Positions 7,513 through 14,284 of a stretch of 31,821 nt of DNA are shown here, piece by piece; position 1 is the stretch's first letter; each line of letters opens with the position of its first letter. The position numbers and the translations under genes were made by a program. This stretch comes from a virus (taxonomy: Duplodnaviria > Caudoviricetes). The DNA lies in IMG/VR virus record IMGVR_UViG_3300020016_000030, positions 1 to 31,821 of that record; one strand, written 5' to 3'. A model generated the notes under the pieces. That model searched no databases and was not told the DNA's origin. It saw nothing but the letters and a program-made list of their open reading frames with translations.

Positions 7513-7599
7513 GACTATAAGTATCTCCTAAGTGAGTAAAAATGGCAACTCTAAAGCGTATTCCTTCTAATGTAATAATGGACAAACGAATATAATATA

Positions 7600-7628
7600 T
7601 TGAGGACATCTAACGCCTTTGATATACT
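7600..7628 (+). promoter_or_regulatory. Sigma70-type promoter
   Basis: TTGAGG-17-TATACT with TTTGA before the -10. Confidence 0.6.
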
Positions 7629-7644
7629 CCAAATCACAGAATAT

Positions 7645-7986
7645 ATGACAACTAACGATCATTACGAAGCAGTTCAAAAGGAAATATCAGCCAAAGCAAA
7701 ACGTTGGGTCCTAATAGTTGGCAAAGATGATACCGAGCAAGTCATTGATGACAACAAAGGTATTGGCTTTAGGACACGAGCCGAAGCGTTGAAAAAAGGC
7801 TGGTATGCTTACAGAGGCGGAAAAGAAAAGGTCAACCATAGAAAATCTTTTTGGAAGTCCAACAAAGCGTTTGCCGAAAGGTTAAAAACCGAAGCGGTGA
7901 AAATTGCTGCTGAGATGGACATACAGGGGTTTGATGTAGAGGATCATCTAATGCGCTTCATTCCAATCTCCAAACCAATTCCATAA
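7645..7986 (+). CDS. Hypothetical protein (MTTNDHYE...)
   Basis: In-frame ATG downstream of the promoter. The TTG at 7600 is the -35 box rather than the start. Confidence 0.65.
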   Translation: MTTNDHYEAVQKEISAKAKRWVLIVGKDDTEQVIDDNKGIGFRTRAEALKKGWYAYRGGKEKVNHRKSFWKSNKAFAERLKTEAVKIAAEMDIQGFDVEDHLMRFIPISKPIP

Positions 7987-8088
7987 ACGCTCTATGAAGC
8001 GTTGCCCACCTAAGCCGAGGGTCAGCACAGCCGACAGAGGGTAAGACGCCTTAAAAGGCCATTTGCGCTTGGTTATGAATACGCCTCC

Positions 8089-8210
8089 AATCTGATAAAA
8101 CTTTTCAGTGTTTTAGCATTCATATCTAATCGGATAAAACTTTTCGGTGTATTAAGTATTTCACTTTACGATTCAAATTTGATTGCGCTTGACCACGGAC
8201 CTGCTATAAT
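8089..8210 (+). promoter_or_regulatory. Promoter cassette copy 1 with upstream repeats
   Basis: AATCnGATAAAACTTTTCnGTGT at 8089 and 8128, TCACTTTACGATTCAAA at 8161, and TTGCGC-16-TATAAT with an extended TG. Confidence 0.65.
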
Positions 8211-8263
8211 CGTCCCCGTCGAAGGAATAAACCAACGACGTATAACAACAGAAAGAAAAACGT

Positions 8264-8515
8264 ATGATAGTAAGAGAGTTGATTGAAGTACTACAGAGAT
8301 TCATTAAAATCGGTCGGTTGACAGGTGATGAACCTGTTATGTCCTGCACCGCTACTGGCTATAAAAAGAAAGTCCGTATTCACAATGACAAAAAGCCATT
8401 AGATTTTGTCTATGACACACAGGAGTTTTTTGAGGGTAACAAAGGCGGTTGTGCTCTTGTGTCTGTCAAGGGAGTAGCACAAACCAATGGAAAGAAAAGG
8501 ATGGTTGTTAGCTAA
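8264..8515 (+). CDS. Hypothetical protein (83 aa)
   Basis: MIVRELIEVLQ start typical of small phage ORFs, with RBS AGAAAG. Confidence 0.7.
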   Translation: MIVRELIEVLQRFIKIGRLTGDEPVMSCTATGYKKKVRIHNDKKPLDFVYDTQEFFEGNKGGCALVSVKGVAQTNGKKRMVVS

Positions 8516-8597
8516 TCGTATAAAACTTTTCCTCCGATAAGAAATATCACTTTGCGATTCAAACTTTATTGACTCCCGTGGATTGATAATATACAAT
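8512..8597 (+). promoter_or_regulatory. Promoter cassette copy 2
   Basis: CTAATCGTATAAAACTTTTC (8512), TCACTTTGCGATTCAAA (8547) and TTGACT-17-TACAAT, with the same offsets as copy 1. Confidence 0.7.
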
Positions 8598-8639
8598 CGG
8601 AGATACGATAAGAGAACAACCAAAAGGAAAATAAAGCCT

Positions 8640-8906
8640 ATGAAAATAATGAAATGTCCAGAGTGTGAGAAACCCTCTCAATTCCGCTACAACTACTCAA
8701 TATGCTGTAGTGCGCCTGTAGTAATAGATGACCCCGAATGTGATGTTGAGGACAACTATTTAGAAATTGACTGGGACAACGCTGACGAGGGTTATGACAA
8801 AAACACCGGCGACGAAGAAGAAGCAACCTGTGTAAATTGTGGAAGCGTTGTCCAGATTGACGATATAAAGATAGTGGAAGTCAATCAAGAGGCCGTCGCC
8901 AGTTAA
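8640..8906 (+). CDS. Acidic Zn-ribbon protein, paralog A
   Basis: MKIMKCPEC...CVNC. Start moved to ATG 8640 by alignment with paralog B. Confidence 0.75.
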   Translation: MKIMKCPECEKPSQFRYNYSICCSAPVVIDDPECDVEDNYLEIDWDNADEGYDKNTGDEEEATCVNCGSVVQIDDIKIVEVNQEAVAS

Positions 8907-8918
8907 AAAACAAATGTC

Positions 8919-8982
8919 CGGAGCAAAGAGGGAAAGCATTGTTTTTTCTCTTTTCATTTCAGTGCCGACCCTCTTTTCTCCG
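8919..8982 (+). other. Long intergenic RNA stem-loop with a pyrimidine loop
   Basis: CGGAG/CTCCG, AAAGAGGG/CCCTCTTT and GCATTG/CAGTGC stems around an 18-nt loop TTTTTTCTCTTTTCATTT. Confidence 0.6.
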
Positions 8983-9008
8983 TCAATTTAACAAACAAAA
9001 TACAAAAT

Positions 9009-9263
9009 ATGAAACAAATGAAATGTCCAGAATGCAAGGAAGTGTCAACGTTCACCGCTGAGTATTCAAGAGATGTTGAATATACAGCGCCTATCTGTAT
9101 TGACGATGATGAAAACGGTGCCTGTGTAGATATTGACTATGACTCAGAGGAAATTGACCGCGGTGACCAGAGTATGGCGACAATAACTTGTGATAAATGC
9201 TACGAGGAAGTCTGCCAAGATGAAATTGAAATCGTGGAAGTTGAGGAAACCGCCGTCGCTTGA
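9009..9263 (+). CDS. Acidic Zn-ribbon protein, paralog B
   Basis: MKQMKCPEC...CDKC...IEIVEV, clearly homologous to 8640-8906. Confidence 0.75.
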   Translation: MKQMKCPECKEVSTFTAEYSRDVEYTAPICIDDDENGACVDIDYDSEEIDRGDQSMATITCDKCYEEVCQDEIEIVEVEETAVA

Positions 9264-9288
9264 CGTGGAAAACCGCCGGTAATAATAT
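9260..9288 (+). promoter_or_regulatory. Sigma70-type promoter giving a leaderless mRNA
   Basis: TTGACG-17-TAATAT, 6 nt before ATG 9295. AAACCGCCG repeats at 9247 and 9270 flank the -35. Confidence 0.55.
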
Positions 9289-9294
9289 ACTACT

Positions 9295-9639
9295 ATGAAA
9301 GAAACATTACAGAAATTAAACTCCAAAATAAAGCAATACTGCGAAAAGAATAAGTTGTGCTACTTCGATGAACTTGTTGATCTTGGGCCAAAATTATTCG
9401 ACAAATCAACCAAAGAAAACATATCCAAGGTTTATTATCTTGTCGTTCATCCAGAAGAAATTGCTTCTTTAGTGGCTTTTAGGCGCGGGAAAACTCCAGA
9501 TGAAGCAGTCATGGAGTGTTCTATGTTTTCTCATTTCATCAAAGTTGCCAGTTTTGATGCTAATACACAAAAAATCTACATTTATGAAATCTTACAAGCC
9601 GGAACGGTTGATAGGTTTTTTGAAAGAAAATTAGTATGA
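9295..9639 (+). CDS. Hypothetical protein (114 aa)
   Basis: ORF with a promoter, coupled to the next gene by ATGA. Confidence 0.65.
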   Translation: MKETLQKLNSKIKQYCEKNKLCYFDELVDLGPKLFDKSTKENISKVYYLVVHPEEIASLVAFRRGKTPDEAVMECSMFSHFIKVASFDANTQKIYIYEILQAGTVDRFFERKLV

Positions 9640-9863
9640 CAGCAAAAGAAAACAATAAAAATGTTAGATGGTGCAAGGAAGAAAATGATAAACTGGGATT
9701 GGACCCAAAAGTTATTAAAGCGGGCAGTCATCAAAAGGCTTGGTTTGTCTGTAAGGAATGTAAGAACAAATGGCAAATGTCCGTCTCTGACATAGTATTG
9801 CGTGGTAAAGGATGTCCAAAATGTATGAAACAATTACCACCCGAAGACCGATTTGATATTTGA
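9636..9863 (+). CDS. Zinc-ribbon / treble-clef protein (DUF4379-like)
   Basis: DP..I.AGSHQKAWFVCKECKNKWQMSV....RGKGCPKC pattern. Confidence 0.75.
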   Translation: MTAKENNKNVRWCKEENDKLGLDPKVIKAGSHQKAWFVCKECKNKWQMSVSDIVLRGKGCPKCMKQLPPEDRFDI

Positions 9864-9881
9864 AAGAGGGAGAGAAATAAT

Positions 9882-10124
9882 ATGCCAGACAAAGAATTGA
9901 TTAAACACTTTCAAACGGAGTTTGCGAAGAAAAAGAAAGAAATGATTGCTATTAGGAGCGACGAACCAGTTAAGCGAAGACAGTTAAAATGCCCAAACGT
10001 TGATTGTCAGTCAAAAGAACTGGTCGAAGGATACACCAAAGAGGAAGGCGTATTTTTCATTTGTGAGTTATGCCACACAATATTTCCATATACCGCATTG
10101 AAGCAAATGGGATACAACTTGTGA
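9882..10124 (+). CDS. Small Zn-finger protein
   Basis: CPNVDC...CELC. Leader AGAGGGAGAGAAATAAT. Confidence 0.7.
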   Translation: MPDKELIKHFQTEFAKKKKEMIAIRSDEPVKRRQLKCPNVDCQSKELVEGYTKEEGVFFICELCHTIFPYTALKQMGYNL

Positions 10125-10203
10125 AAGTAAACCGCCGGTCAACTTTTAAGGTCAACCGGCAGCCTAATTAAATTCGCATACAAAAGAAAGGTAAGTATGC
10201 AAT
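10125..10203 (-). ncRNA. Candidate ~75-nt antisense small RNA with an anti-SD loop
   Basis: TACTTAT at 10212-10206. Hairpin GCATAC-TTACCTTTCTTTT-GTATGC. Second hairpin GCCGGTTGAC-N7-GTTGACCGGC pairs fully only on the minus strand (two G-U). Confidence 0.5.
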
Positions 10204-10233
10204 CAATAAGTAGTAGAGAGGGAGAGAAATAAT

Positions 10234-10392
10234 ATGGAAGACGAGCAAAAGCCAAAATGGATCTTACAAGACGGCGATTCAACCTACATTCTGACAGAGG
10301 ATGAAGCGGTGTTGTTGTTCGCCACTCTCAAGGCAATACGATTGGAGTATCACGTCAAAGAAATGGCCGAGCTTATTGGTGTTGTGGTATGA
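10234..10392 (+). CDS. Small hypothetical protein (52 aa, not in the ORF track)
   Basis: MEDEQKPKWILQDGDSTYILTEDEAVLLFATLKAIRLEYHVKEMAELIGVVV. The 20-nt leader plus ATG is identical to that of 9882. Confidence 0.65.
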   Translation: MEDEQKPKWILQDGDSTYILTEDEAVLLFATLKAIRLEYHVKEMAELIGVVV

Positions 10393-10410
10393 CCATCAAT
10401 AAAACGATTT

Positions 10411-11076
10411 ATGACACCAAACGAAATACGCTATGCTTTTGCTAAGGAAACTTTATTTACTTGTGACAGCGAAAAAGACGTATTGAAAGCACTTTCATCC
10501 TTTGGACATGGACCTGTGCCAATATCGCCTGTTGTTACGGAGTGGGAATGTCAACCAAGAATGTGCGCTTGTTATTGGAATGCTCTCCATTATCTAACAT
10601 TGCATACGAAATCGGAATATGTTCTGGCAGTTGCCCGTTTTCCTAACTCATCAGATTATTTCCAACACGCATTGGTTAAAGAAAACGGACAACATTTGGA
10701 AATAAGTTATACGCCCTTTGCTGTAAATGATTATCACGGCAACAATCCTGAGGATTGTCTTTATGATTATGATAACCCCGAGCCCGACCCTTATGATAGC
10801 GAAATAAAAATGTGGTCTTTAGCTGAAATACCGGCATCAGTTGTCTTTGATTATTACAAAACAAATATTTCTTATTACAATGCAACCGGCGCTAAATCGG
10901 TTGACCTGTTAAAGCTGACAACAAAAGAAAAATACTTAAACGTGGCTGGTTTGGCGTTTAAGATAACCTTCGGAGGCTACGGTATCAAAGCTAGAAACGG
11001 AAAAGAACTCCGACTGCCATTGAAAGAAAATTTTGTTATGGAAATCAATCCGGCAACAGAATTGGTTGCGGCGTGA
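10411..11076 (+). CDS. Hypothetical protein, possible papain-fold Cys-His-Glu enzyme
   Basis: ACYWNA...FQHALV...HLEIS spacing. C-terminus LVAA. Confidence 0.65.
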   Translation: MTPNEIRYAFAKETLFTCDSEKDVLKALSSFGHGPVPISPVVTEWECQPRMCACYWNALHYLTLHTKSEYVLAVARFPNSSDYFQHALVKENGQHLEISYTPFAVNDYHGNNPEDCLYDYDNPEPDPYDSEIKMWSLAEIPASVVFDYYKTNISYYNATGAKSVDLLKLTTKEKYLNVAGLAFKITFGGYGIKARNGKELRLPLKENFVMEINPATELVAA

Positions 11077-11096
11077 TTCCGACACTCAACCGCACT

Positions 11097-11125
11097 AAAA
11101 ACCCTCTGGCGGTCAAACCAGAGGG
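11097..11125 (-). terminator. Terminator between convergent genes
   Basis: CCCTCTGG-N8-CCAGAGGG with a T5 tract on the minus strand. Confidence 0.7.
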
Positions 11126-11146
11126 ATTGGCGTAGGTGTTTAGACC

Positions 11147-11737
11147 TTACTTAATTCTTTTATACCGGCCTTCACGAAGCGATTCCAGATAACCGGCCTT
11201 CGTTCCTTTGCCCAAGTAAATCCTCAAGGTGTTTTCCGCCAGTTTGGTTTTCTTGGAGCATTCTGCAATGCTGAACTCAGCACCCTTAGTAAATGCTTCC
11301 AAAACCATCTTTCCGCCCTTCGTGTCTGCCCAGTCCTTGCCCGTGTCTCCGTTTGTCTTGGGCTTCGGGCCTCTCTTGGCGTGGCTGCCGGGCGTTGTGG
11401 GTATATCTGAAATCAATCCTAACTCATTGAGAGAAGTTGAAAACTCCGGCAAACTCCAATCAATCGCCACGCCCATTGCCTCAAGGGTGTGTTTGTCGTT
11501 TGCTAGAACTTGTAAGCGACGTGAGAAGTCGGTTTTCACTGCCGACATTTGGGCGTCTATGATACTTCGGGCATCCTGAATGATTTCCAAGGGCGATTTA
11601 TCGCCCTTCTTTGTTTTGGGTAATATGTCTGCTGCTGTCAATGGTGCTGCTGCTGGTTTTTCATTCATAACGGTTATTTCTGTTTGTTCGTGTGTTGTTG
11701 GTGGTAATGGTTTGATTACTACTACTCTGTTGCTCAT
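11147..11737 (-). CDS. DNA-binding protein: helical N-terminal region, basic linker, C-terminal winged helix (Rok-like architecture)
   Basis: KRGPKPK linker and FSIAECSKKTKLAENTLRIYLGK...YLESLREGRYK wHTH. Confidence 0.65.
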   Translation of the reverse strand: MSNRVVVIKPLPPTTHEQTEITVMNEKPAAAPLTAADILPKTKKGDKSPLEIIQDARSIIDAQMSAVKTDFSRRLQVLANDKHTLEAMGVAIDWSLPEFSTSLNELGLISDIPTTPGSHAKRGPKPKTNGDTGKDWADTKGGKMVLEAFTKGAEFSIAECSKKTKLAENTLRIYLGKGTKAGYLESLREGRYKRIK

Positions 11738-11859
11738 AGGTTTTTGTTTTGGTTATTGTTTCACTGACGATTGAATTGAATATACGCCATCTGTGATTCT
11801 GGCCAATGGAAAAATGATAATAATGGCGCTTTATTCATTATACATTGCCAATAGGGTAT

Positions 11860-13401
11860 TTATGAATTGACCACTTGTTGAACAGCAACGAAATGGTATG
11901 TCTGTTGAGTCATCAAATCCACAACGGGTTTGATTTCCATAATGGAACCATCAAGCCCCATTTTGATAAACCGGCCATTTTTCGCATCAATGGTAAATGT
12001 CTTATCAGACTTGTTTAGAGTTATTCGGTTGACTTGCTCCCTTATCCACGATTGAACCGTTGACCGCAGTTCAGAGTCGGTTTTCAGAGTGTCGAGCCGT
12101 TTTACAATCTCATTGAGTTTGTTTGTGCTTCCTTTCGCTGACGTTGACTTGGCAGAAGCCAGTTCAATCTTCCTTGTCAATTCATCAGCCTCTTGTTCAA
12201 GCGATGCCAGACGCAAAGCCAGAGACTTTGAGGGAGCAAATCCAAGCGACTCTGTAATGTTTGAGATTTGTTTTTGAGTTTCAGACAATTGGCCTTTGAG
12301 GATTTGAATTTCAGCATTGAACGAAGTACCCGACTCATCACGCACCAATTGCTCGGGACGGAGACGGAGAAGGCTGACAAACGATGTTTCAAACGGGTCA
12401 TATTTGACCATCGGTTCCGTGCAACCGAGTCCTTTGACGTGTCCGTGGCAGGTGATATACTTTCCGCCCTTCCCATTACTGACTTTAATTTTTTGTCCAC
12501 ATGAGCAGAAAGCAACGCCGGAGAAAATATTTGCGATGTTGTTTCCACAATAAATGCCTGTCGGCCTCTTTCCCTTGTTGTCATTGAGTCGGGACTGAAC
12601 TTTATAGAAAGTTTCATCGGAGACAACGGAAGGAAAGAAACCTTTAACAATTTCTCCGCCATTGTTGTATTCGCCAATAACCTTTCTGTCGGTCAAAAGT
12701 TTGTAAATCACCGCCTGCGACCAGAGGCCCGTCCCTCTCAAACTTGAAACGTTCTTTTGATTAAACTCTTTTGCAATGGCAGCCGGTCCTTTTCCAGCAA
12801 GATAAAGGGTAAAGATGGAAGCAACCGAACCAGCCTTTTCGTTCAGTTGAAAATTATCATCAATCCAGCTTGGAAAAATATGAAGTTTTACCTTTTCCCC
12901 ATTGAGGATTTGCTGACGGCCAACTCTATACGCCGCTTTGACTCTCTCAGACAACTTTGCCGAATACTCATTGGCAGAGGCCAGTTCAAGTAAGGCAATG
13001 ATTCTGTCAATCGGTCGGTTCAGACTCTCCCTTGTCAGGTGATGTCCGCCACGTTCAACGTATATTTCTAATCCAGCACGAAGCATTTCTTTAAGAATGT
13101 CCTCTGCGGTGTCAATTTGCTGTCTTGAGAATCGGTCAAACGCTTCGATGACCATTACAGAACCTTGTGGAATTTTTCCCTCTTTTACGGCATCAATGAT
13201 TGACCGAAGCGTTTTGATATTATCACCCTTGAAAGCGGAAACGCCCAAGTCGGAAGCGTTCAAATCCTCTCTGAGTGTCCAACCTTTTTCGGTTGCTACC
13301 CTTTGAGCAATCGGGGTTTGACGTTCAACGGACGAACCGTCTTTTTGGGACTCAGAGGAAAACCGAATGTAAGAGAAACAAACCTTGTTCTGTGTTTTCA
13401 T
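11860..13401 (-). CDS. Large serine recombinase (integrase)
   Basis: YIRFSSESQ...S.ERQ catalytic Ser motif, DLGVSAF, EAFDRFSR, recombinase domain, Zn ribbon (CSCG...C...C) and coiled coil. Confidence 0.95.
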   Translation of the reverse strand: MKTQNKVCFSYIRFSSESQKDGSSVERQTPIAQRVATEKGWTLREDLNASDLGVSAFKGDNIKTLRSIIDAVKEGKIPQGSVMVIEAFDRFSRQQIDTAEDILKEMLRAGLEIYVERGGHHLTRESLNRPIDRIIALLELASANEYSAKLSERVKAAYRVGRQQILNGEKVKLHIFPSWIDDNFQLNEKAGSVASIFTLYLAGKGPAAIAKEFNQKNVSSLRGTGLWSQAVIYKLLTDRKVIGEYNNGGEIVKGFFPSVVSDETFYKVQSRLNDNKGKRPTGIYCGNNIANIFSGVAFCSCGQKIKVSNGKGGKYITCHGHVKGLGCTEPMVKYDPFETSFVSLLRLRPEQLVRDESGTSFNAEIQILKGQLSETQKQISNITESLGFAPSKSLALRLASLEQEADELTRKIELASAKSTSAKGSTNKLNEIVKRLDTLKTDSELRSTVQSWIREQVNRITLNKSDKTFTIDAKNGRFIKMGLDGSIMEIKPVVDLMTQQTYHFVAVQQVVNS

Positions 13402-13454
13402 AATCTATTTTTTCTAATTGTTTCGTTAAGAGTTGACGCTCTTAACTGACAATG

Positions 13455-13483
13455 ATTCTCTCAGAAGTAGGTGTTTCAGTCAA
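13455..13483 (-). promoter_or_regulatory. Integrase promoter, followed by a leader hairpin at 13446-13425
   Basis: TTGACT-17-GAGAAT with an extended TG. Inverted repeat GTTAAGAG-N6-CTCTTAAC. Confidence 0.5.
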
Positions 13484-13584
13484 TAATTTATATGAGAAAT
13501 AGGTATGGATTGAAACCTTGGAATGGCACTGGTTTACGCACATTCGGGCAAAATAGGTGTTGAGGGAAACACAAAATCGCTCAC

Positions 13585-13618
13585 AAAATTGCCCCTTCCC
13601 ACGTCAATGAGAAGGGGC
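13585..13618 (-). terminator. Probable terminator downstream of the lipoprotein gene and late operon
   Basis: GCCCCTTCTCA-TTGACG-TGGGAAGGGGC-AATTTT. Confidence 0.55.
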
Positions 13619-13701
13619 GGGTGCATCTTGGGTGAAATAGATTAAGAAAACACTCAAGTTGCGTTTAGAAATTAAGCGGTCAGAGGGTCGGAGTCAACGT
13701 C

Positions 13702-14217
13702 TTACTCAACCCACAATTCAAAGGCCGGAATGCGCCTGATTGCGCCTGTAATGGTTGTGTAGGTGATTGAGCCTACCGGCTTCATTCGGAGTGGTCCAGC
13801 ATATTCCCTATCGTTGAAAACGCTGGTCAATCCTTTGACAAATATATCACCGCCTAAATCAACTTCCTTGACGGTCTTTTGGTCTGGTTCCCTCACGTAA
13901 GTTTCGTTTGATTGCTGATTGAGCGGAATGCGAATACGTGCTCCGTCTTTGGTAACATCCAACACTTGAAACGACTCTCTGCCGGAGTTCATTCCATTGG
14001 GTTTATATTGGCTCATTCCGAAAGCCACACGTTCAAGATTTTTCGGGTCGCCAGTGATTGCCCATCCTGAAAAGTAAAATTTGTATTCCTTCTCATTCCG
14101 TTGTTGTGTTACCGGCGTTATTTTAACCGGCTTTGTTTCTTGTTTCTCCGTTGTCTTGGGAGAGCAGGCAGAAAAGAGGATAGCAACGACTGACAATGTT
14201 GTAATGATGTTTTTCAT
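13702..14217 (-). CDS. Lipoprotein moron (possible superinfection exclusion)
   Basis: Signal peptide MKNIITTLSVVAILFSA|C with lipobox. Own promoter TTGCCC-16-TAGACT lies 7 nt before ATG 14217. Confidence 0.75.
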   Translation of the reverse strand: MKNIITTLSVVAILFSACSPKTTEKQETKPVKITPVTQQRNEKEYKFYFSGWAITGDPKNLERVAFGMSQYKPNGMNSGRESFQVLDVTKDGARIRIPLNQQSNETYVREPDQKTVKEVDLGGDIFVKGLTSVFNDREYAGPLRMKPVGSITYTTITGAIRRIPAFELWVE

Positions 14218-14284
14218 GTTTGACAGTCTATCAAACGACATTAAACGGGCAAGCCTCTGGCTCAATAAGGTGTGGTCAACTCTT

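Noticed and set aside
8089-8563. CRISPR mini-array
   Set aside because: The repeats are imperfect and irregularly spaced (39 and 386 bp), sit at fixed offsets to promoters, and there are no cas genes.
11800-11850. attP as an imperfect inverted repeat just downstream of the integrase
   Set aside because: The dyad symmetry is weak in AT-rich DNA and overlaps promoter-like boxes for the 11737 gene. Possible but not supportable without host junctions.
13702-14217. Lipoprotein as the o-spanin of a lysis cassette
   Set aside because: No adjacent i-spanin, holin or endolysin. It has its own sigma70-type promoter like a moron.
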